A stretch of DNA of 64,000 bases from Antechinus flavipes (lineage: Eukaryota): assembly GCF_016432865.1 (NCBI RefSeq), contig NC_067403.1, positions 254,138,001-254,202,000 on the forward strand, in the 5' to 3' direction. A program made the position numbers and the translations under genes. This document shows positions 46,101-56,049 of the stretch, piece after piece. Numbering within the stretch: position 1 is the first letter of the stretch; each line of letters opens with the position of its first letter. The notes below the pieces were generated by a model. It saw only the letters and a list, made by a program, of their open reading frames with translations. It was not told where the DNA came from and ran no database searches.

Positions 46101-47790
46101 TAGATCATGAGGCAAGAGAATGGACGAGAAAGTGTCTCTCCAGGCTACTTAAGGACAATCCAGGGAAGTTTGAGAGGCCTGGAAGTTGTAGGTTGTTAGA
46201 GGGAGAAGGGGGTGAGCACTGGGGGCCGAAGGGGTCTGGGGAGCTGGGTCTTGAAGGGTGGGCATCCGGCTCTCTTCCTCCCAGCCCGGGGCCTTCTCCT
46301 TCCCTTGGCTCTCTGTGCTTCTCTCTCCCTGGGTCTTCCCAGAATGGGAGCCTCCTGTCTCTGACCCGACCCCCCACCTCACACCCGGAGCCCCAACATG
46401 TCCCAGGACTGACCTGTCCGCCAGGTTCCCAAACACGGACGCCCCGATGAGCACCCCCGCCATGTACAAGGACTGGCCCAGTTGGCGCAGGGCCCTGTGT
46501 CCGCAGACGAGGTCCCACTGTGGGGAGAGAGGGGGTTGGGGCGGGGGCTCCCCTCAAGCCGCTCGGAAAGCTTGCTTGGTTCACCTCCCCGGGGAATGGC
46601 AGCTTTGGGGGAAGAAAGTCAAGAGGAAGGGGAGGAGCCGGAGGGGAATGGAGACAGAGAGGGGGAGAGGCTTCTTTCCTCTGCCCCAGCTCCGTGCTGG
46701 CCCCTTCTCCCCCTTTATCCCCCCCAAGCTGGCCCCTTCTCCTTCCCCCCGATGCTGGTCCCTTCTCCTCTATCCCCTCTATGTTGGTTACTTCTCCCCT
46801 CCATCTCTCCCCATCCTGGCTCCTTTTCTTCCTCTGTCCCCCCCATGCTGGCCCCTTCTCCTCCCCCCCATGCTGGCCCCTTCTCCTCCTCCATCTCTCC
46901 CCCATGTCCACCCGCCTACATCTGACCCCCAGTGTCCCTTCTCTCTCTCCCTCTTCTTTCTTCCCCCTCCTTTTATTCCGACCTCTGCCCAGCTCATTCC
47001 CTCGTCCCTTCCCTTCTCCCCCATCCCTCCTTTCCCACAGCCGTCCCTGTCTTTTTCCTCCTCCTCCTCTCTGAGTTTTCTCCCACCTTGTTGCCTCCTG
47101 CCCTGTCCCCGGCCTCCCTCTGAACCCCTTCTCCTCCCCCTTCCTTCTCTCCAGAGCCCCCCTCCCCTCCCCCTTCCTCATCCCCTCTCTCACCCCATCC
47201 CCTAGTGTCTGAGCACTCTTGCCTAAGGAAGCCAGGAGTCTGCTTTCCTCAGCCCTGTATCTTGCCTCTCTCTTTTTTACCCTTGTGTTTGGTCTCCCTC
47301 CCTCAAATAGGGAAACTGAGTCAGAAAGCTGCAGGCCTGGGCTTCCCCTGGCCAGGGAGTCCAGCCAGCCTCGCTTGAGTCCCCGTAATCCCCTCCCCAG
47401 GCCCCTCACCTCGGTCACAATGGTGGCGGGGAAGGTGCTGTGGTCATAGGTCCAGCCGTCCAGGCAGGCCTCGGTGGCTCCAGTGGCATTGGATCCCGTG
47501 CCGTTGGACCAGTGTAGCCCCCTTTGGGGGGCGGTAAAGCGACGGCACGAAGCCGGCCTGCCCTGCTCATCCCGGGGCAGCCAGGCCCGCAGCTCCTCCG
47601 CTCCTGAGCCGTCTCCACTCAGGTTGGCGGAGGGCGGTGGGCGGCAGTGGTGGCCGGGAATGGCGGCCGTGAAGTTCTGCACGGTGTTATGAGAGGCCAG
47701 CAGCAGCATCGGGATGACCACCAGGGTGAACTGGACCCACTGGAAGCGGCCCACCCCTCCCACCTGCAAGAGGATGTCATTGAAGGTCAT
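37593..47790 (-). CDS. SLC22A6: Organic anion transporter 1 (SLC22 family, MFS), 10 coding exons, 1656 nt, 551 aa
   Basis: Exons 47410-47790, 46414-46517, 45530-45684, 43690-43858, 42663-42786, 42331-42446, 40696-40910, 40451-40559, 38073-38276, 37593-37671. All GT-AG, phases join into one ORF. OAT1-diagnostic peptides [58 protein letters not shown]-terminal [11 protein letters not shown]. Confidence 0.93.
38073..38276 (-). CDS. SLC22A6: OAT1 exon 9 (204 nt)
   Basis: [21 protein letters not shown]...[19 protein letters not shown]; donor AA|GTGAGT. Confidence 0.95.
38285..38785. repeat. GA-rich/(GA)n tract (with N gap) in SLC22A6 intron 8
   Basis: Seen directly. Confidence 0.85.
38435..38622. 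other. Assembly gap
   Basis: N run. Confidence 1.
38770..40200. mobile_element. L2 fragments in both orientations, SLC22A6 intron 8
   Basis: L2-like text, e.g. GATCAAAGCCCTTCATAACCTGG and GGAGGCCAGTTAGGAGGCTGTT. Confidence 0.5.
40451..40559 (-). CDS. SLC22A6: OAT1 exon 8 (109 nt)
   Basis: [37 protein letters not shown]. Confidence 0.95.
40696..40910 (-). CDS. SLC22A6: OAT1 exon 7 (215 nt)
   Basis: [18 protein letters not shown]...[32 protein letters not shown]. Confidence 0.95.
41215..41445 (+). mobile_element. MIR/Ther-1 CORE SINE
   Basis: tRNA head, CORE CCTCAGTTTCTTCATCTGTAAAATG, L2-type tail TGGCACATAGTAGG. Confidence 0.75.
42331..42446 (-). CDS. SLC22A6: OAT1 exon 6 (116 nt)
   Basis: [39 protein letters not shown]. 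Confidence 0.93.
42663..42786 (-). CDS. SLC22A6: OAT1 exon 5 (124 nt)
   Basis: [41 protein letters not shown]. Confidence 0.95.
43075..43111. repeat. (GT)n microsatellite
   Basis: Seen directly. Confidence 0.9.
43690..43858 (-). CDS. SLC22A6: OAT1 exon 4 (169 nt)
   Basis: [25 protein letters not shown]...FFLYSW. Confidence 0.95.
45530..45684 (-). CDS. SLC22A6: OAT1 exon 3 (155 nt)
   Basis: [18 protein letters not shown]...[12 protein letters not shown]. Confidence 0.95.
45757..45812. repeat. (TTCA)n/(TCAA)n microsatellite
   Basis: Seen directly. Confidence 0.85.
46414..46517 (-). CDS. SLC22A6: OAT1 exon 2 (104 nt)
   Basis: [35 protein letters not shown]; AG/GT flanks. Confidence 0.95.
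47410..47790 (-). CDS. SLC22A6: OAT1 coding exon 1 (381 nt)
   Basis: ATG at 47790; MTFNDILLQ...FPATIVTE; donor GAG|GTGAGG. Confidence 0.95.
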
Positions 47791-48110
47791 GGGGATGGGA
47801 GGTGGGGCCAAGAGCCGGGAGCCTCAGCGAAGTGGTCGGGGGGCTTCTGCCCGCTGCCCGTCTGGCCTTTCAGTGGGTGGAGAGGGCCCCGGCCGCCTTT
47901 CCTGCTCGGCTCCACGCTCGGTCTGTTCCTGGAGGAAGATTCTGTACTCGCTCAGTGGGAGAGACAGGGGCTGAGTCAGCCCTCCCTCCTTCTCCTGCCT
48001 CTCTCCCCAGCTCTGGGTGAGTCGGGGCCTGACTGGGCCAGAGACAACCCCTCCTTTCCGGACCTCAGCCTCCCACTTGGCCTCTATTCCCCCAGGTTTG
48101 GACAGTCGGA

Positions 48111-48186
48111 GTTAAAATGTGACTCGAGGCAGAAACTGCTGAGAAAACCTGCCGCGTGCTCCTTTTGCCTGTGGGTCAAAAGGGAA
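48111..48186. promoter_or_regulatory. SLC22A6 proximal promoter: HNF1-like site and imperfect nuclear-receptor palindrome
   Basis: GTTAAAATGTGAC at 48111-48123; CCTTTTGCC-TGTG-GGTCAAAAGG at 48161-48183; 320-400 nt upstream of the ATG. Confidence 0.4.
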
Positions 48187-48364
48187 CAGAATGTGGGTGC
48201 TGGGAGCTTCCAAAGGGCCGGACACCTGCCCTGCACGCCGTGGGTCACCTCTTGTGCTTTCCTGTGGGAGGGGGCGGGAACGGGGGAGGGAGAGAAAGGC
48301 AGGAGCGAGGTAAGCCCCTCGAAGTCGGTTTGGGGCCCAGTGTCCTAGAATTGTGCTTGCTTTG

Positions 48365-48412
48365 CAGGTCAGAGGTTATCTTGGCCAGCAGGTCAGAAGT
48401 TATCGTGGCCAG
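48365..48412 (+). promoter_or_regulatory. Tandem 24-bp duplication, each copy a DR1-like element
   Basis: AGGTCAGAGGTTA (48366-48378) and AGGTCAGAAGTTA (48390-48402). Confidence 0.45.
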
Positions 48413-48514
48413 CTCAGAGCATCAAACACCTCCTTCGCAGAGAAACCCAAAAAACGAGAGCACCCCAGAGGTGAGAGTGGGGACTGAGTGGGGAGGTTCC
48501 TTAAAATGTAGGAT

Positions 48515-48830
48515 GTGAGAGTTGGAAGGGACCTTAGAACATGGAATGTCAGAGCTGGGGGGTGGGGACCTTAACGCACAGTGTCTGAGCCGGGAGGGAC
48601 TTTAGAACACAGAACAGAAATCGCCAGATTTGGAAGAGAACTTAGAACAAAGAATTTTAGAGGTAGGTGGGACTTTACTACACAGAAAGAGCAAGATATA
48701 ATGTCAAGAAGGGACCTAAGAACAAAGAAAGTCAGAGCTGGGAGACCTCAGAGAACAGAGAATGTCAGAAGTGGGAGGGATGTTAGAACATGGAATACAT
48801 ATATAATAACAGGAAGGAATATTGTCACCT
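48515..48830. repeat. Degenerate L3-tail array upstream of the SLC22A6 promoter
   Basis: GAGTTGGAAGGGACCTTAGAACATGGAATGTCAGAGCTG and similar units. Confidence 0.65.
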
Positions 48831-49439
48831 CAAAACCTTGAATTCCTGCTGACACAAGACTGAGCCACTTGACCCCCTGCCTCCTTTGACTTTTGAGACT
48901 ATCTCTGTGGGTATCCCAGCTCTTGACCTCTTGGCGATATTCTGGGCCCCGGCCTGGCTCCAACCTCCCATCGAAGCACTCCCTGGGCTCTTGACTGAAT
49001 GCCAGGAGTCTGACCCACTTCTCACTCTGGCCTTCCGTTGTTGCTTGTACCCTGAGTCCAGCCCGTCTCTCAAATCCTGACTGAGATCCCTGGTACCTAC
49101 CTGATCCCTTAAGATCTGTACATGCAAATTATATCTTGTCTAGTCTTCCTGATCACCCTTCCCCCTTTTAATCTTACAGGACAGTGAGTTTTAAAGTAGC
49201 CAGTATAATGGGGCAGGAGTTAGAAATAAGATTGAAGCCCTCGCAAAGATTAAGGAGAATAATCGACAAATTACATCATATAGTAACTAAAAATTATATC
49301 CTGGCAAAAGGGATCAAAGTAGGATGATGCACCTAGGGTTTGCTGTCAAGGCCTTTCCCCTTGTTATATGTATATCTTAGGTTCCAGACACTGAAGGGAG
49401 ACCAATGGAAGGCCAATGGTTCTGACAATTGGGAGGTGA

Positions 49440-49733
49440 TGTGACGGTGTTAACTTTAAAGTTTTATTGAAAACTTTATTTATATTTGAGATGATTTGCA
49501 TACAAATATTTTATTTATATTTGAGATGATTTGCATACAAAAATGAACTAATCCTAAGGTGGCAGAGAAGAATTAGTCTATTTCCCTAAAATTCTATAAA
49601 ATGAGACCTTAAACTCCTGCCCTCCTCCTTCTGTATTGGGTCCATGCTGCCCAGGGCTCCCAACTTTAATCCACAGCAAATTGAATGATTCTCTCTGTGT
49701 CTCATCTATGCGAGCGAAAGTCACAATCCTACA
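49440..49733 (+). mobile_element. Solo-LTR-like 294-bp insertion in the RTE 5' region
   Basis: TGT...ACA termini, ATGT repeated at both junctions, TATAAAA at about 49596; RTE-like sequence resumes on both sides. Confidence 0.45.
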
Positions 49734-51228
49734 TGTAGATGACCCAGGCTACAAAATCATCTTCTCACTGAAATGAAGCAGCAGTGGGAGTCAGCAGTCC
49801 CATTAATGTCTTAGCAGCCTTTTTAAAGGACCATCTTGCTCACCTCCTGGAATGAGGAAAGGGCTAGAAAATATTCCTAAAATCGTTTGTTTCAACAAAT
49901 CTAAGCCAGGCTTGTTTACTTGGCAGGTGGGGAACTTACTCTTCACAATACAAAAAAACTCTTTAAAACACAAAAGACACACAAAAATGGTTGCAAAGGT
50001 GACTCTACTCATAATTGGTACATAGAATATATAAATACTTATAGACAATACAAAATCCAGTAGACCTGAAAGACAAACTTGCTGTGAAAGAACTCAGAAG
50101 GTATCCCATCCTCATAGAAGTCCTGAATGAAACAAGGCTGGCAAATGCAGGTAAACTTCCTGAAGTCAGAGGGGGAAACACACTTTTCTAAAGTGGCTAC
50201 AGTCATAGGGAGTGCCGTGAAGCTGGTATAAGTTTTGCAATCAAAACTAATCTAGTCAACAGGCTTATATGCTTCCCAAAGGGGGTGAATGACAATATGA
50301 TTGCCACTTGCAGGAAAATGCCACATCGCTCCCACCATGACAACCCCGTCTAAGTCAAAGAAAAATTTTATGAAGACTTGGAGACCCTCATCATCAATGT
50401 CCTGAGAGAGGACCAGTTTAAAATTCTGCATGATTTTAATTCTAGAGTAGGTACAGACTATTAGACCTAGCAGAAAGTCCTTGAGAGGAACAGAATGAGA
50501 AATAATAACAATGATTGCTTATTTCTGAAGACGTGTATCTAATGACCTTCTCATCCCCACCTCTTTTTTCTGTTTATCTAAATGCAATAAAACTTCATGG
50601 ATGCACCCTTAAAGCAAATGTTGGCATTTAATAAACTATGGCATCGAAAGGAGAAGAACCAGACAGGATGTGAGAGTGACAAAGGCGATGATGCATGCTG
50701 CAGAATGCTGGACCAATCATAGACTTATGCCCTTCAAGCTAAGCATTTGCATTCCCCAGAGGTGGTGGCCCCAAAATAAGACAAAAGACTCGATGTCAAC
50801 ACATCAGAGCATTTTTCAGAGTGTGAGCTGTTTGTTGCTGACTTGGAGAGAAATCTGATCCAACACATAGTTGGCAACAGTGGAGCAGGAAAGAAGTAGG
50901 CAGCCTTCAGAGATTTGGTGAACAGCACTGCATATACTCATCGTGGTCAGAATACTTGCAAACATCAAGACTCGTTTGACAAAAATGATGGGGAAATTCA
51001 GAAGGTGCTAAATAAAAAAATGAGAACTTCACAGATTTCACCATCAGGATAGTTTGTCCATCTCTAAGAAGGCAGTCTTTAATTCCATTAAAAGTAAAGT
51101 TTAAAAAAAAGTTTAGGGATATGCAGGACTCAGTAAGAAGGCAGATGAAATTCAGTTTTATACTGATAGTAACAACCTAAAGTACTTTTGTGATGCCCTA
51201 AAGGCTATTTATAGGCTAAAGATTTATG

Positions 51229-51310
51229 TAGATCTGAGAGAGCCAGGTTGAGATCCCCCACTAGTATAATTTTGCTGTCTATTTCTTTTTGCATCTCTTT
51301 TAACTTCTTA
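51229..51310 (-). mobile_element. Internal L1 ORF2 endonuclease fragment at the RTE deletion junction
   Basis: Reverse strand translates KKLKEMQKEIDSKIILVGDLNLALSDL, the L1 EN GD(F/L)N motif context. Confidence 0.75.
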
Positions 51311-52962
51311 TACTATATAAGTCATGAGGGCCTGGGGGAAATCGTGGTAAAATCTGATTGCCCGGAGAAACTCATTAATATAATATATCCGTTTCACAAG
51401 GGAGCGCTTGCGAACAGTCACTGAATATTGCCCAGTGCTCTTGCCTCTCCCAATTATCAGTCTTGTATTTTTTAACTTGATGTTTCCAGTGATGTTGTCA
51501 GATGCTTTCAATGAGGATAAACTGGCATCGGGGTCAGGTACCATGCTGTTTAAATCATTTAACTTGAAAAGGCTACAAGCCAAGGCTAAAGTAGAGGGAG
51601 ACTTGGTAGATTTTGACTTTTTGTTTATGCAGGTTTATGGATGTTCATGAACTCAACACAGTCTCTGAGGTCAAGATGAAACAAAGCATGGATCGATTCT
51701 CTGCTGCTTGTGTTAATTTTGGCTTGACAATTAATACCAAGAAAGCAGAGCTTCTCCACCAGCCAGAACTGTCCCCTCCATATATGGGACCATCAGTAGC
51801 AAATGGGAAAATGCCGTCAACAAGTCCACTTACCTCAGTAGTATAGCTTTCAGGACTGTACATGTAGATGATGAAGTGTCCTTGCTAGAACTAGCTCAAT
51901 GTTTGAGGGCAGTGTAAAAGAAAAGAGGTATTAGGCTGCTTACCAAAGAGAAGGTCTACAGAGCCATTGTGCTGACCTTACTATTGTATGCTTGGGAACC
52001 TGGACAGTCTACCAGTGTCATGAAACAGAATCACTTCCATTTGAATTGTCTTAGGAAAATTCTGAAGATTACCTGGCAGGATAAGCTACCAGACACTGAG
52101 ATCCTCTCTCAAACTGAGCTGCTGGGCATTCAGACTGTTCTTCAGAGGAGGGCTGTTCATGGGCTTTGCCTAAATGACTATTTAATGGAGCACTCACACA
52201 AACTAAATGCTCACATGGAGGTCAGAAGAAATGATACAAGGACACTCTCAGGGTCTCTGCGAAGAACTTTGTAATCAATTGTGAGACACAGGAGACACTA
52301 GCACGGGACCATTCAGCATGGTGTACTCATGTCGAAGAAGGCGCTGTGCTCTGTGAGCAAAGAATTACAGTAGCTCAAAAAAAAAAGGGAGATGTACAAA
52401 TTTAGAGACATCTCCACTCCAAATGTTCATGTGAAGCATTTATGTCCAGTTTGTGACAAAATCTTCTGAATTCACATCAGTCTGATCAGCTGCTGTCAGA
52501 TACACCATACCTTCATTCCGACAGAATGCTGCCATTTTGGTTCTCTTTGAGAAATGAAGGACAGCAAATAGACCCTATCTCTGTGGCTTATAAAATCTGT
52601 TTGCAAATAATAATAAATAATAAACTCATACTTCAATATCATTTTAAAGTTTGTAAAGTGTTTCTCACACATGATCTCATTTGATTCCTACAGAGTGAGG
52701 TAGGTGATATTGTCCTGATATTTTACATCTGGGGAAACTGAGGTAACGCATAACTCAGGTAACTGGGAAATGGATAAATGACTTGCCCAAGATCCCACAG
52801 CTAGTTTGCATCTAAGGCTGGATCTGAACTGAGAGTTTCCTGACTCTAGCCTAAGCTCTCTATCCACTGCACACCACCTTTTTGAGTAGTAAATTATAAT
52901 AATATCTAGCTTAGCTCATCTTCCTACAAAACTCAATTATTTTAACTCACTAACTGGATGTT

Positions 52963-53228
52963 GGGAAAAGCTTCCTAACAATTTCAGCTATGAAAAGTGG
53001 CAGAGAGTGTCTGGGTAACCCCTTTCTGGACGTCAAAGAGCATGACATTGGCTGGGAGTATTATGGTACAGATCCCTTCCAAGAATGAGTTGGACAAGAT
53101 AGCTTTCGAGATATCTTCCAAATTCTATGATTCTATAAATGGTGTGAAGGGTGATACTGAGCCAAGAAAACAGGAGGTGCATTGGGGAAAATGGAAAGTG
53201 CATGCAGGAGAAGGGGAGAAAGCAGTGA
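52963..53228 (+). mobile_element. L3/CR1 3' end plus unique flank (arm 1 of an inverted duplication)
   Basis: Tail TTCCAAATTCTATGATTCTAT followed by AAATGGTGTGAAGGGTGA... Confidence 0.7.
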
Positions 53229-54299
53229 GATAACACTTTGTTTCAAGTATACTTCTCCAGAGTTCTGGCCCTCTACAATATAGGACACAGGATGTCCAAG
53301 TAAAGAAAAGACTTAGAACATCGAATGTGATGGTTTTTTTTCCCAGATTCATCTTAGTCTCTTCTTATCTTCTTCCAGTTCTGCTGGCTTCAGCAAGAAA
53401 TGAAAACCCTCCTTATACAAACTTTTGAAAAGATTATTTAAATTGATTTTTTTTCTTATCATCTATGTAAACTTTCCCCTCTCCTTTCAGAGACCATCTT
53501 CTATAATACAAATAATCTTCCTTTTAAAAAAGGAAAAAAAAACCAATCTGGCAAACCTAAGTAACATATCAAACAAGTCTGATGTTTTTTCAGCGTTCCT
53601 TACCCATAATTTCTCAGGTTCTGCAAAGATGTGAGGGAGTACCTCAGTACAGGTGGCACTGGGTAGGGCAGCGGATAGGAGGCTGAACCTGCAATCAGAA
53701 AGACCTGGCTTCCACTACATCTTTAGACATTTACTAGCTGTGTGAATCATGATAAATCACTTAAATTTTCTTCGTCTCAGTTTCTTCATCTGTAAAATGG
53801 GGATGATAACAGTCCTTAGCTCCCAAGATTATTGATTATTACAAATAATAAAGTGCTTAGGATAGTGCTGGTACATAGGAGGTGCTTTATAAATGCTTAT
53901 TTCCCTCTTCCCACCACCATCATATTCATCATTTCTTCCAGAGCAGTAATATTTCATTATATTTGTGTCCCATGACTTGTTGAAAGTCCTCCCCCCATTT
54001 GCTAAGCATGATCTTTGCTTTCAATTGTTTGCTAAAAGGATGTTGGGGTATCTGGTGTCTTTCTGTCACTGACATTCTGGGATCTCTGCTTAGCACTGGC
54101 GTGAACTTGGGAGTCAAAACTCTCCCTGCCCTTTACGTGACTCCAGACCACTTTTCTGAAGGGTAGATCGTTTTCCTTTAGTCCCACTGATTGAAAGCTA
54201 GAGAAAGGAGCGAGGGCAAGAATGTCCTGGAATTACTGGGAAGGCAGAGAGGAGCTCCTGATGACACCATTGAGTCTGTCTGGCTTCTCTCCTGTTTGG

Positions 54300-54312
54300 G
54301 GCTCAAAGGTCA
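54300..54312 (+). promoter_or_regulatory. HNF4/DR1-like site
   Basis: GGCTCAAAGGTCA, one mismatch to RGGNCAAAGKYCA. Confidence 0.4.
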
Positions 54313-54928
54313 ACAACACCTAGAAAAAGCCCAGAGCCTCATGTGCAGATGACCTGGACCTTCTCCCTCCATGGAGGTCGATGACGCCTTTGCTTGAGCA
54401 GGCAATGGAAATATGACCTGTGAAAAGGGATTTCTGCTTATTCCTTGGAGCAGCTCAAGGGAGGGAGTCAAGAGATCTGTCCTGGGGAGAGGAGCCATTT
54501 CCTTTCATTCCAAAGACTTACTAGGTCAGCCCTTTTCCTGAGGTATCTGGCTTGGCCCCAAGGGGGTTCAGAGTTCGGGGAAACTTGACTGGGCGCCGTG
54601 ATTGAGTTTGAGAGTTCAGTACCTTGGCTGGGCTGGGCCCTGTGCCCAAGGCCCCCCTGGGGCCTCCCAGCCTCCTCTACTCAGCCCTCTGTGTTCTCTT
54701 CTTCCCCACCCCATTCTCCCCCAAGGGCTGATGGAATCCTTTTCTTTACAGAGAGTTTGGGTGTTTGTCCAGCTGCCCATATCCAGAGGCAACTAGGATC
54801 TCATAGGGAACTCTGTAGGTCTTAGGCACTGAGCTAAGTTCAAATCCCTGAAACTGATGGTCAGGGCTCTCTCTCCTCTATCTCAACTTAACTAAATATC
54901 TAAATTCAAGACTCTTCCTACTTCTGAC

Positions 54929-55400
54929 TTCACTGCTATCTCCTTTTCTCCATGCACCCTCTGTTTTCCCCAATGTACCTCCTGTTTTCTTGGCTCAGTT
55001 TCACCCCTCACACCATTTATAGAATCCTAGAATTTGGAGGAGATCTCAACAGCTGTCTAATACCTGGAAGGGATCTGTACCATAATACCCCCCAGTCAAT
55101 GATCATGCTCTATGACCTCCAGAGAGGGGTTTCCCAGACACTCTGCCATTTTTTCACAGCTGAAATTGTTAGGAAGTTTTTCCTGATATTCAGCCTAGAT
55201 TTGCTTCCATGAAACTTCCATTGCTCCTGGTCCTGCCTTTTGGAGCCAAACAGAATGAATCTCTCTTTCTCCATATAACAGTCTTTCATATGTTTGTTTA
55301 TACTCCCCTCCCCCAGTTTTTTCTCTTGACTAAATATACCCCGTTTCTTCAACTGATCCTTATACACCATGGACAGGATCCTTAACTGTCCTCTTCTGAA
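54929..55400 (-). mobile_element. L3/CR1 3' region plus the same flank (arm 2)
   Basis: Reverse complement of 54929-55183 aligns with 52963-53228. Confidence 0.7.
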
Positions 55401-56049
55401 TGTTTTCTGGTTTTCTGGGGGGCAGGGGCAAAGAATGAAATTGTGGAATCCTCTGGTCTTTGGTTTTCCTGACCCATAAACAGAACACACCCTAGGTTAT
55501 TATTATCAAATGAACCCTTTCCCTATTTATTCTCCTATCCCTGATCATAGCTTGAACTTTTGAACGTCAGTAAAGCACAGATACATAGGCAAGTATAGGA
55601 AGAGGCAGGTACTGATGGGCCAGAAAAAGATGTATGCCCATCCTAGGTAGTTAAGATTTAGAGCTGAAGGACACAGAGAAAAGCTAATGTAATCTCCTCA
55701 TATTATAATCCAGTTTCAGAAAAGTTAACTTGTACCTATTATCCCATTCCCTTTGTACCTATCTGATGGCTTTTTGCTCAATGCCCAGATCCTCATCATT
55801 CTTCTTTTTTTCTTCTCAAGAATATTTTATTTTTCCAAATACATGTAAGGATAATTGTCAACATGCATTTTTGGAGGACTTTGTGTTCCAAATTATTACC
55901 CTCTTTCCTTTACCTCCCCTCTCCTCAAGATAACAAGTAGTATGATATAGGTTAAAATGTTGTGCAATCCTTTTAAAATGCATTTCCATATTTTTCATGT
56001 TGTGCAAGAAAAACCAGACCAAAAGCCGACAATTCCTTTAAAAAAATCT

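Larger units (their letters stand above)
49325..52567 (+). mobile_element. Degenerate RTE-clade LINE with an internal deletion and nested insertions
   Basis: APE motif ETRLANAGKL (50129); RT region SMDRFSAACVNFGLTINTKK; HFHLNCLRKILKITWQDK; RTE-type 3' end CTCTTTGAGAAATGAAGGACAGCAA. Confidence 0.85.

Noticed and set aside
46105-47409. 568-aa ORF as a single-exon gene
   Set aside because: Only the first 127 codons from 47790 are OAT1 exon 1; the rest is T-poor intron read-through past a canonical donor.
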